From NCBI GenBank assembly GCA_964035545.1, contig OZ037767.1, positions 12,447,801-12,511,800 of the forward strand: 64,000 nucleotides of DNA, written 5' to 3'. A program made the position numbers and the translations under genes. The number at the start of each line of letters is the position of its first letter. Within the stretch, counting starts at the first letter, position 1. Below, one piece after another: positions 24,850-38,199 of this stretch. Below the pieces are notes generated by a model. It did no database searches. It was not told the origin of the DNA and saw only the letters and a list, made by a program, of their open reading frames with translations. The stretch comes from Bugula neritina (Eukaryota; Animalia; Bryozoa).

Positions 24850-27800
24850 TTGGAAAATTGTTCATTTCGCCAATTGTGACATTATGTGAACTCACTGTTA
24901 GTTTTTAACTTTGAATCAAAAATTGATAAAGTAATTGTAAATCTGTTTACAGACGTCAAAGCAGCTGATCCTTAATTTCAACACTGGGTTTAGGTGATGG
25001 AAGAATCCCAAGACAAGTTTGGTACTACGCTAGACAATAGGCTGCTGGCACCAGAAAATGTGAACATGTGTGCATTTAACAGATGAAGCTAAAACATGTA
25101 TACATCTTATATTTAGTGAAAATTGAATATGCATCACTTTTCTATGTGAGAACCTTGCTGGATAGTGAAAATAACTAGAAATATAGAAGTTCGGGAGTTG
25201 TCTCTCTTGTGTTTTTGGTTTTGTGTTCTTGACTTGTCAAGCTGCAATTATTTGAAAAATATCAACTGCAAATACATTTGTTGGTGTAGCAAAATTATTA
25301 AACCCATCAACCTTTGCGATCTGAGGAACGAAAGACGGATACTGCAACTTACACACCTTTCTATTATGAATTTAGAGATATACATTGTTTTGTCGATTCT
25401 TCTGGCAACCAATATTAAGTGCATTGCTCATTTTCCACGCTTTATATCCACTTATTTTACATTTTCTCAATCAACTAAACACAGGTAAGCAGAGTTGCTA
25501 ACTGGTTGCATGGTATTCAGGCAGTCGCACTTCTTGTCACTCAATTGTTGACGATTGATGCTTGAAGAAGGCCTACGGTCCTTACAGTATACATACTGGA
25601 GGTACTGTGCTTTGAACTCAATAACAAAAAAGAGAATATATGACTTGCAAAACTAACGAATCACATTGTGATGACTCCAGACCCTATTGACAAGGTGCCC
25701 CAGTAATGTCTGTTCAGTGCAAACTATGGACAGCAAAGTTGTCTGGCAATAATGATACAAACAATTCTGCAAACCCTTTTCATAAAGGTTTTGTGATGAA
25801 TGAGTATCCAGACCCTGTAATGGCTATACAACTGGAGGGAAGGAATATACTCGTTTTTCAATAGCAACAAAGCATGTTCAGAACTTGTAGACAGAAACAC
25901 ACTCATGACACATTAAACAATCTGTAACAAGTCTTGCTCATTATAACAGACAAATGTTATAACATACTCCTTTCGTTTAGGAGATATATCAACTACTACT
26001 CCTACAAAAACAATAAAGAGGTAAAAGACAGCGCTGCTCAGTTTGATTTCATTTCATTCAATTCATTGTAACGCTATCAATGGGCTGCACTTTTGGTCAC
26101 ACCCGGCTAACTGCTCTTGGAAAATTATTCATTTCGCCAATTGTGACATTATGTGAACTCATTGTTAGTTTTTAACTTTGAATCAAAAAATGATAAAGTA
26201 ATTGTAAATCTGTTTACAGTCGTCAAAGCGGCTGATCTTTAATTTCAACACTGGGTTTAGGTGATGGAAGAATCCAAAGACAAGTTTGGTACTACGCTAG
26301 ACAATAGGCTGCAGGCACCGGAAACCGTGAACATGTGTGCATTTAACAGATGAAGCTAAAACATGTATACATCTTATATTTAGTGAAAATTGAATATGCA
26401 TCACTTTTCCATGTAAGAACATTGCTGGATAGTGAAAATAACTGGAAATGTAGAAGTTCGGGAGTTGTCTCTCCTGTGTTTTTGTTTTGTCTTCTTGACT
26501 TGTCACGCTGCAGATAATTGAAAAATCACAACTGCAAACACATCTGTTGGTGTAGCAGAATTATTAAACCCATCAACCTTTGTGATCTGAGGAACGAAAG
26601 ACGGATACTGCAACTTACACACCTATCTATTATGAATTTAGAGATATACATTGTTTTGTCAACCCTTCTGGCAACCAATATTAAGTGCATTGCTCGTTTT
26701 CCACGCTTTATATCCACTTATTTTACATTTTCTCAATCAACTAAACACAGGTAAGCAGAGTTGCTAACTGGTTGCATGGTATTCAGGCAGTCGCACTTCT
26801 TGTCACTCAATTGTTGACGATTGATGCTTGAAGAAGGCCTACGGTCCTTACAGTATACATACTGGAGGTACTGTGCTTTGAACTCAAAAACAAAAAAGAG
26901 AATATATGACTTGCAAAACTAACGAATCACATTGTGATGACTCCAGACCCTATTGACAGTGTGCCTCAGTAATGTCTGTTCAGTGCAAACTATGGACAGC
27001 AAAGTTGTCAGGCAATAAAGATACAAACAATTCTGCAAACCCTTTTCATAAAGGTTTTGTGATGAAAGAGTATCCAGACCCTGTAATGGCTATACAACTG
27101 GAGGGAAGGAATATACTCGTTTTTCAATAGCAACAAAGCATGTTCAGAACTTGTAGACAGAAACACACTCATGACACATTAAACAATCTGTAACAAGTCT
27201 TGCTCATTATAACAGACAAATGTTATGACATACTCCTTTCGTTTAGGAGATATATCAACTACTACTCCTACAAAAACAATAAAGAGGTAAAAGACAGCAC
27301 TGCTCAATTTGATTTCATTTCATTCAATTCATTGTAACGCTATCAATAGGCTGCACTTTTGGTCACACCCAGCTAACTGCTCTTGGAAAACTACTCATTT
27401 CGCCAATTGTGACATTATGTGAACTCACTGTTAGTTTTTAACTTTGAATCAAAAAATGATAAAGTAATTGTAAATCTGTTTACAGTCGTTAAAGCGGCTG
27501 ATCCTTAATTTCAACACTGGGTTTAGGTGATGGAAGAATCCCAAGACAAGTTTGGTACTACGCTAGACAATAGGCTGCTGGCACCGGAAAATGTGAACAT
27601 GTGTGCATTTAACAGATGAAGCTAAAACATGTATACATCTTATATTTAGTGAAAATTGAATATGCATCACTTTTCTATGTGAGAACATTGCTGGATAGTG
27701 AAAATAACTAGAAATGTAGAAGTTCGGGAGTTGTCTCTCCTGTGTTTTTGGTTTTGTGTTCTTGACTTGTCACGCTGCAAATATTTGAAAAATCACAACT

Positions 27801-30800
27801 GCAAATACATTTGTTGGTGTAGCAAAATTATTAAACCCATCAACCTTTGCGATCTGAGGAACGAAAGACGGATACTGCAACTTACACACCTTTCTATTAT
27901 GAATTTAGAGATATACATTGTTTTGTCAACCCTTCTGGCAACCAATATTAAGTGCATTGCTCGTTTTCCACGCTTTATATCCACTTAGTTTACATTTTCT
28001 CAATCAACTAAACACAGGTAAGCAGAGTTGCTAACTGGTTGCTTGGTATTCAGGCAGTCGCACTACTTGTCACTCAATCGTTGACGATTGATGCTTGAAG
28101 AAGGCCTACGGTCCTTACAGTATACATACTGGAGGTACTGCGCTTTAAACTCAATAACAAAAAAGAGAATATATAATGACTTGCAAAACTAACGAATCAC
28201 ATTGTGATGACTCCAGACCCTATTGACAAGGTGCCCCAGTAATGTCTGTTCAGTGCAAACTATGGACAGCAAAGTTGTCTGGCAATAATGATACAAACAA
28301 TTCTGCAAACCCTTTTCATTAAAGTTTTGTGATGAAAGAGTATCCAGACCCTGTAATGGCTATACAACTGGAGGGAAGGAATATACTCGTTTTTTAATAG
28401 CAACAAAGCATGTTCAGAACTAGTAAACAGCAACACACTCATGAAACATTAAACAATCTGTAACAAGTCTTGCTCATTATAACAGACAAATGTTATAACA
28501 TACTCCTTTCGTTTAGGAGATATATCAACTACTACTCCTACAAAAACAATAAAGAGGTAAAAGATAGCACTGCTCAGTTTGATTTCATTTCATTCAATTC
28601 ATTGTAACACTATCAATGGGCTGCACTTTTGGTCACACCCGGCTAACTGCTCTTGGAAAATTGTTCATTTCGCCAATTGTGACATTATGTGAACTCACTG
28701 TTAGTTTTTAACTTTGAATCAAAAATTGATAAAGTAATTGTAAATCTGTTTACAGACGTCAAAGCAGCTGATCCTTAATTTCAACACTGGGTTTAGGTGA
28801 TGGAAGAATCCCAAGACAAGTTTGGTACTACGCTAGACAATAGGCTGCTGGCACCAGAAAATGTGAACATGTGTGCATTTAACAGATGAAGCTAAAACAT
28901 GTATACATCTTATATTTAGTGAAAATTGAATATGCATCACTTTTCTATGTGAGAACCTTGCTGGATAGTGAAAATAACTAGAAATATAGAAGTTCGGGAG
29001 TTGTCTCTCTTGTGTTTTTGGTTTTGTGTTCTTGACTTGTCAAGCTGCAATTATTTGAAAAATATCAACTGCAAATACATTTGTTGGTGTAGCAAAATTA
29101 TTAAACCCATCAACCTTTGCGATCTGAGGAACGAAAGACGGATACTGCAACTTACACACCTTTCTATTATGAATTTAGAGATATACATTGTTTTGTCGAT
29201 TCTTCTGGCAACCAATATTAAGTGCATTGCTCATTTTCCATGCTTTATATCCACTTATTTTACATTTTCTCAATCAACTAAACACAGGTAAGCAGAGTTG
29301 CTAACTGGTTGCATGGTATTCAGGCAGTCGCACTTCTTGTCACTCAATTGTTGATGATTGATGCTTGAAGAAGGCCTACGGTCCTTACAGTATACATACT
29401 GGAGGTACTGTGCTTTGAACTCAATAACAAAAAAGAGAATATATGACTTGCAAAACTAACGAATCACATTGTGATGACTCCAGACCCTATTGACAAGGTG
29501 CCCCAGTAATGTCTGTTCAGTGCAAACTATGGACAGCAAAGTTGTCTGGCAATAATGATACAAACAATTCTGCAAACCCTTTTCATAAAGGTTTTGTGAT
29601 GAATGAGTATCCAGACCCTGTAATGGCTATACAACTGGAGGGAAGGAATATACTCGTTTTTCAATAGCAACAAAGCATGTTCAGAACTTGTAGACAGAAA
29701 CACACTCATGACACATTAAACAATCTGTAACAAGTCTTGCTCATTATAACAGACAAATGTTATAACATACTCCTTTCGTTTAGGAGATATATCAACTACT
29801 ACTCCTACAAAAACAATAAAGAGGTAAAAGACAGCGCTGCTCAGTTTGATTTCATTTCATTCAATTCATTGTAACGCTATCAATGGGCTGCACTTTTGGT
29901 CACACCCGGCTAACTGCTCTTGGAAAATTATTCATTTCGCCAATTGTGACATTATGTGAACTCATTGTTAGTTTTTAACTTTGAATCAAAAAATGATAAA
30001 GTAATTGTAAATCTGTTTACAGTCGTCAAAGCGGCTGATCTTTAATTTCAACACTGGGTTTAGGTGATGGAAGAATCCAAAGACAAGTTTGGTACTACGC
30101 TAGACAATAGGCTGCAGGCACCGGAAACCGTGAACATGTGTGCATTTAACAGATGAAGCTAAAACATGTATACATCTTATATTTAGTGAAAATTGAATAT
30201 GCATCACTTTTCCATGTAAGAACATTGCTGGATAGTGAAAATAACTGGAAATGTAGAAGTTCGGGAGTTGTCTCTCCTGTGTTTTTGTTTTGTCTTCTTG
30301 ACTTGTCACGCTGCAGATAATTGAAAAATCACAACTGCAAACACATCTGTTGGTGTAGCAGAATTATTAAACCCATCAACCTTTGTGATCTGAGGAACGA
30401 AAGACGGATACTGCAACTTACACACCTATCTATTATGAATTTAGAGATATACATTGTTTTGTCAACCCTTCTGGCAACCAATATTAAGTGCATTGCTCGT
30501 TTTCCACGCTTTATATCCACTTATTTTACATTTTCTCAATCAACTAAACACAGGTAAGCAGAGTTGCTAACTGGTTGCATGGTATTCAGGCAGTCGCACT
30601 TCTTGTCACTCAATTGTTGACGATTGATGCTTGAAGAAGGCCTACGGTCCTTACAGTATACATACTGGAGGTACTGTGCTTTGAACTCAAAAACAAAAAA
30701 GAGAATATATGACTTGCAAAACTAACGAATCACATTGTGATGACTCCAGACCCTATTGACAGTGTGCCTCAGTAATGTCTGTTCAGTGCAAACTATGGAC

Positions 30801-31790
30801 AGCAAAGTTGTCAGGCAATAAAGATACAAACAATTCTGCAAACCCTTTTCATAAAGGTTTTGTGATGAAAGAGTATCCAGACCCTGTAATGGCTATACAA
30901 CTGGAGGGAAGGAATATACTCGTTTTTCAATAGCAACAAAGCATGTTCAGAACTTGTAGACAGAAACACACTCATGACACATTAAACAATCTGTAACAAG
31001 TCTTGCTCATTATAACAGACAAATGTTATGACATACTCCTTTCGTTTAGGAGATATATCAACTACTACTCCTACAAAAACAATAAAGAGGTAAAAGACAG
31101 CACTGCTCAATTTCATTTCATTTCATTCAATTCATTGTAACGCTATCAATAGGCTGCACTTTTGGTCACACCCAGCTAACTGCTCTTGGAAAACTACTCA
31201 TTTCGCCAATTGTGACATTATGTGAACTCACTGTTAGTTTTTAACTTTGAATCAAAAAATGATAAAGTAATTGTAAATCTGTTTACAGTCGTTAAAGCGG
31301 CTGATCCTTAATTTCAACACTGGGTTTAGGTGATGGAAGAATCCCAAGACAAGTTTGGTACTACGCTAGACAATAGGCTGCTGGCACCGGAAAATGTGAA
31401 CATGTGTGCATTTAACAGATGAAGCTAAAACATGTATACATCTTATATTTAGTGAAAATTGAATATGCATCACTTTTCTATGTGAGAACATTGCTGGATA
31501 GTGAAAATAACTAGAAATGTAGAAGTTCGGGAGTTGTCTCTCCTGTGTTTTTGGTTTTGTGTTCTTGACTTGTCAGGCTGCAAATATTTGAAAAATCACA
31601 ACTGCAAATACATTTGTTGGTGTAGCAAAATTATTAAACCCATCAACCTTTGCGATCTGAGGAACGAAAGACGGATACTGCAACTTACACACCTTTCTAT
31701 TATGAATTTAGAGATATACATTGTTTTGTCAACCCTTCTGGCAACCAATATTAAGTGCATTGCTCGTTTTCCACGCTTTATATCCACTTA
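24850..31790. repeat. Trimeric duplication, period 3803 bp
   Basis: Variant-bearing ORFs pair at a 3803 offset: 25165/28968, 25724/29527, 26297/30100, 26518/30321, 27698/31501. Boundaries are approximate. Confidence 0.85.
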
Positions 31791-34700
31791 GTTTACATTT
31801 TCTCAATCAACTAAACACAGGTAAGCAGAGTTGCTAACTGGTTGCATGGTATTCAGGCAGTCGCACTTCTTGTCACTCAATCGTTGAAGATTGATGCTTG
31901 ATGAAGGCCTACGGTCCTTACAGTATACATACTGGAGGTACTGTGCTTTGAACTCAATAACAAAAAAGAGAATATATGACTTGCAAAACTAACGAATCAC
32001 ATTGTGATGACTCCAGACCCTATTGACAAGGTGCCTCAGTAATGTCTGTTCAGTGCAAACTATGGACAGCAAAGTTGTCTGGCAATAATGATACAAACAA
32101 TTCTGCAAACTCTTTTCATAAAGGTTTTGTGATGAAAGAGTATCCAGACCCTGTAATGGCTATACAACTGGAGGGAAGGAATATACTCGTTTTTCAATAG
32201 CAACAAAGCATGTTCAGAACTTGTAGACAGAAACACACTCATGACACATTAAACAATCTGTAACAAGTCTTGCTCATTATAACAGACAAATGTTATGACA
32301 TACTCCTTTCGTTTAGGAGATATATCAACTACTACTCCTACAAAAACAATAAAGAGGTAAAAGACAGCACTGCTCAATTTGATTTCATTTCATTCAATTC
32401 ATTGTAACGCTATCAATGGGCTGCACTTTTGGTCACACCCAGCTAACTGCTCTTGGAAAACTACTCATTTCGCCAATTGTGACATTATGTGAACTCACTG
32501 TTAGTTTTTAACTTTGAATCAAAAAATGATAAAGTAATTGTAAATCTGTTTACAGTCGTCAAAGCGGCTGATCCTTAATTTCAACACTGGGTTTAGGTGA
32601 TGGAAGAATCCCAAGACAAGTTTGGTACTACGCTAGACAATAGGCTGCTGGCACCGGAAAATGTGAACATGTGTGCATTTAACAGATGAAGCTAAAACAT
32701 GTATACATCTTATATTTAGTGAAAATTGAATATGCATCACTTTTCTATGTGAGAACATTGCTGGATAGTGAAAATAACTAGAAATGTAGAAGTTCGGGAG
32801 TTGTCTCTCCTGTGTTTTTGGTTTTGTGTTCTTGACTTGTCACGCTGCAAATATTTGAAAAATCACAACTGCAAATACATTTGTTGGTGTAGCAAAATTA
32901 TTAAACCCATCAACCTTTGTGATCTGAGGAACGAAAGACGGATACTGCAACTTACACACCTATCTATTATGAGTTTAGAGATATACATTGTTTTGTCGAT
33001 CCTTCTGGCAACCAATATTAAGTGCATTGCTCATTTTCCACACTTTATATCCACTTATTTTACGTTTTCTCAATCAACTAAACACAGGTAAGCAGAGTTG
33101 CTAACTGGTTGCTTGGTATTCAGGCAGTCGCACTACTTGTCACTCAATCGTTGACGATTGATGCTTGAAGAAGGCCTACGGTCCTTACAGTATACATACT
33201 GGAGGTACTGCGCTTTAAACTCAATAACAAAAAAGAGAATATATAATGACTTGCAAAACTAACGAATCACATTGTGATGACTCCAGACCCTATTGACAAG
33301 GTGCCCCAGTAATGTCTGTTCAGTGCAAACTATGGACAGCAAAGTTGTCTGGCAATAATGATACAAACAATTCTGCAAACCCTTTTCATTAAAGTTTTGT
33401 GATGAAAGAGTATCCAGACCCTGTAATGGCTATACAACTGGAGGGAAGGAATATACTCGTTTTTTAATAGCAACAAAGCATGTTCAGAACTAGTAAACAG
33501 CAACACACTCATGAAACATTAAACAATCTGTAACAAGTCTTGCTCATTATAACAGACAAATGTTATAACATACTCCTTTCGTTTAGGAGATATATCAACT
33601 ACTACTCCTACAAAAACAATAAAGAGGTAAAAGACAGCACTGCTCAATTTGATTTCATTTCATTCAATTCATTGTAACGCTATCAATGGGCTGCACTTTT
33701 GGTCACACCCGGCTAACTGCTCTTGGAAAATTACTCATTTCGCCAATTGTGACATTATGTGAACTCACTGTTAGTTTTTAACTTTGAATCAAAAATTGAT
33801 AAAGTAATTGAAAATCTGTTTACAGACGTCAAAGCAGCTGATCCTTAATTTCAACACTGGGTTTAGGTGATGGAAGAATCCCAAGACAAGTCTGGTACTA
33901 CGCTAGACAATAGGCTGCAGGCACCGGAAACTGTGAACATGCGTGCATTTAACAGATGAAGCTAAAACATGTATATACATCTTATATTTAGTGAAAATTG
34001 AATATGCATCACTTTTCTATGTGAGAACCTTGCTGGATAGTGAAAATAACTAGAAATATAGAAGTTCGGGAGTTGTCTCTCTTGTGTTTTTGGTTTTGTG
34101 TTCTTGACTTGTCAAGCTGCAATTATTTGAAAAATATCAACTGCAAATACATTTGTTGGTGTAGCAAAATTATTAAACCCATCAACCTTTGCGATCTGAG
34201 GAACGAAAGACGGATACTGCAACTTACACACCTTTCTATTATGAATTTAGAGATATACATTGTTTTGTCGATTCTTCTGGCAACCAATATTAAGTGCATT
34301 GCTCATTTTCCACGCTTTATATCCACTTATTTTACATTTTCTCAATCAACTAAACACAGGTAAGCAGAGTTGCTAACTGGTTGCATGGTATTCAGGCAGT
34401 CGCACTTCTTGTCACTCAATTGTTGACGATTGATGCTTGAAGAAGGCCTACGGTCCTTACAGTATACATACTGGAGGTACTGTGCTTTGAACTCAATAAC
34501 AAAAAAGAGAATATATGACTTGCAAAACTAACGAATCACATTGTGATGACTCCAGACCCTATTGACAAGGTGCCCCAGTAATGTCTGTTCAGTGCAAACT
34601 ATGGACAGCAAAGTTGTCTGGCAATAATGAGACAAACAATTCTGCAAACCCTTTTCATTAAAGTTTTGTGATGAAAGAGTATCCAGACCCTGTAATGGCT

Positions 34701-37700
34701 ATACAACTGGAGGGAAGGAATATACTCGTTTTTCAATAGCAACAAAGCATGTTCAGAACTAGTAAACAGAAACACACTCATGAAACATTAAACAATCTGT
34801 AACAAGTCTTGCTCATTATAACAAACAAATATTATAATATACTCCTTTCGTTTAGGAGATATATCATCTACTACTCCTAAAAAAACAATAAAGAGGTAAA
34901 AGACAGCGCTGCTCAGTTTGATTTCATTTCATTCAATTCATTGTAACGCTATCAATGGGCTGCACTTTTGGTCACACCCGGCTAACTGCTCTTGGAAAAT
35001 TATTCATTTCGCCAATTGTGACATTATGTGAACTCATTGTTAGTTTTTAACTTTGAATCAAAAAATGATAAAGTAATTGTAAATCTGTTTACAGTCGTCA
35101 AAGCGGCTGATCTTTAATTTCAACACTGGGTTTAGGTGATGGAAGAATCCAAAGACAAGTTTGGTACTACGCTAGACAATAGGCTGCAGGCACCGGAAAC
35201 CGTGAACATGTGTGCATTTAACAGATGAAGCTAAAACATGTATACATCTTATATTTAGTGAAAATTGAATATGCATCACTTTTCCATGTAAGAACATTGC
35301 TGGATAGTGAAAATAACTGGAAATGTAGAAGTTCGGGAGTTGTCTCTCCTGTGTTTTTGTTTTGTCTTCTTGACTTGTCACGCTGCAGATAATTGAAAAA
35401 TCACAACTGCAAACACATCTGTTGGTGTAGCAGAATTATTAAACCCATCAACCTTTGTGATCTGAGAAACGAAAGACGGATACTGCAACTTACACACCTA
35501 TCTATTATGAGTTTAGAGATATACATTGTTTTGTCGATCCTTCTGGCAACCAATATTAAGTGCATTGCTCATTTTCCACACTTTATATCCACTTATTTTA
35601 CGTTTTCTCAATCAACTAAACACAGGTAAGCAGAGTTGCTAACTGGTTGCTTGGTATTCAGGCAGTCGCACTTCTTGTCACTCAATCGTTGACGATTGAT
35701 GCTTGAAGAAGGCCTACGGTCCTTACAGTATACATACTGGAGGTACTGCGCTTTAAACTCAATAACAAAAAAGAGAATATATAATGACTTGCAAAACTAA
35801 CGAATCACATTGTGATGACTCCAGACCCTATTGACAGTGTGCCTCAGTAATGTCTGTTCAGTGCAAACTATGGACAGCAAAGTTGTCTGGCAATAATGAG
35901 ACAAACAATTCTGCAAACCCTTTTCATAAAAGTTTTGTGATGTTAGAGTAATCAGACCCTGTAATGGCTATACAACTGGAGGGAAGGAATATACTCATTT
36001 TTCAATAGCAACAAAGCATGTTCAGAACTAGTAAACAGAAACACACTCATGACACATTAAACGATCTGTAACAAGTCTTGCTCATTATAACAGACAAATG
36101 TTATAACATACTCCTTTCGTTTAGGGGATATATCAACTACTACTCCTACAAAGACAATAAAGAGGTAAAAGACAGCACTGCTCAGTTTGATTTCATTTCA
36201 TTCAATTCATTGTAACGCTATCAATGGGCTGCACTTCTGGTCACACCCGGCTAACTGCTTTTGGAAAATTATTCATTTCGCCAATTGTGACATTATGTGA
36301 ACTCACTGTTAGTTTTTAACTTTGAATCAAAAAATGATAAAGTAATTGTAAATCAGTTTACAGTCGTCAAAGCGGCTGATCCTTAATTTCAACACTGGGT
36401 TTAGGTGATGGAAGAATCCAAAGACAAGTTTGGTACTACGCTAGACAATAGGCTGCAGGCACCGGAAATGTGAACATGTGTGCATTTAACAGATGAAGCT
36501 AAAACATGTATATACATCTTATATTTAGTGAAAATTGAATATGCATCACTTTTCCATGTGAGAACATTGCTGGATAGTGAAAATAACTAGAAATGTAGAA
36601 AATCGGGAGTTGTCTCTCCTGAGACTTTGTTTCGTCTTCTTGACTTGTCACGCTGCAGATATTTGAAAAATCACAACTGCAAATACATTTGTTGGTGTAG
36701 CAAAATTATTAGACCCACCAACCTTTGCGATCTGAGGAACGAAAGATGGATACTGCAACTTACACACCTTTCTATTATGAATTTAGAGATATACATTGTT
36801 TTGTCGATTCTTCTGGCAACCAATATTAAGTGCATAGCTCATTTTCTACACTTTATATCCACTTATTTTACATTTTCTCAATCAACTAAACACAGGTAAG
36901 CAGAGTTGCTAACTGGTTGCATGGTGTTCAGGCAGTCGCACTTCTTGTCACTCAATCGTTGACGATTGATGCTTGAAGAAGGCCCACGGTCCTTACAGTA
37001 TACATACTGGAGGTACTGTGCTTTGAACTCAATAACAAAAAAAGAGAATATATGACTTGCAAAACTAACAAATTACATTGTGATGACTCCTGACCCTATT
37101 GACAGTGTGCCTCAGTAATGTCTGTTCAGTGCAAACTGTGGACAGCAAAGTTGTCTGGCAATAATGAGACAAACAATTCTGCAAACCCTTTTCATTAAAG
37201 TTTTGTGATGTTAGAGTAATCAGACCCTGTAATGGCTTTACAACTGGAGGGAAAGAATATACTCGTTTTTCAATTGCAACAAAGCATGTTCAGAACTAGT
37301 AAACAGCAACACACTCATGACACATTAAACAATCTGTAACAAGTCTTGCTCATTATAACAGACAAATGTTATAACATACTCCTTTCGTTTAGGAGATATA
37401 TCAACTACTACTCCTACAAAAACAATAAAGAGGTAAAAGACAGCACTGATCAGTTTCATTTCATTTCATTCAATTCATTGTAACGCTATCAACGGGCTGC
37501 ACTTTTGGTCACACCCGGCTAACTGCTCTTGGAAAATTATTCATTTCGCCAATTGTGACATTATGTGAACTCACTGTTAGTTTTTAACTTTGAATCAAAA
37601 AATGATAAAGTAATTGTAAATCTGTTTACAGTCGTCAAAGCGGCTGATCCTTAATTTCAACACTGGGTTTAGGTGATGGAAGAATCCAAAGACAAGTTTG

Positions 37701-38199
37701 GAACTACGCTAGACAATAGGCTGCAGGCACCGGAAAATGTGAACATGTGTGCATTTAACAGATGAAGCTAAAACATGTATATACATCTTATATTTAGTGA
37801 AAATTGAATATGCATAACTTTTCCATGTGAGAACATTGCTGGATAGTGAAAATAACTAGAAATGTAGAAATTCGGGAGTTGCATCTCCTGAGACTTTGTT
37901 TTGTCTTCTTGACTTGTCACGCTGCAGATATTTGAAAAATCACAACTGCAAATACATTTGTTGGTGTAGCAAAATTATTAAACCCATCAACCTTTGCGAT
38001 CTGAGGAACGAAATATGGATACTGACACTTACACACCTTTCTATTATGAGTTTCTAGATATACATTGTTTTGTCGATCCTTCTGGCAATCAATATTCAGT
38101 GCATAGCTCATTTTCTATGCTTTATATCCACTTATTTTACATTTTCTCAATCAACTAAACACAGGTAATCAGAGTTGCTAATTGGTTGCATGGTATTCA

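Larger units (their letters stand above)
6281..24850. repeat. Homogeneous domain with mostly alternating A/B monomers (dimeric higher-order repeat, ~2533-2534 bp)
   Basis: Linked variants alternate: type A (CTCAAAAAC, GACAGTGTG, GTCAGGC, AAAGAT, AACCCT) versus type B (CTCAATAAC, GACAAGGTG, GTCTGGC, AATGAT, AACTCT). The B-type minus-strand ORF is at 6840, 9373, 14440, 18123, 20657, 23190. Confidence 0.8.
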
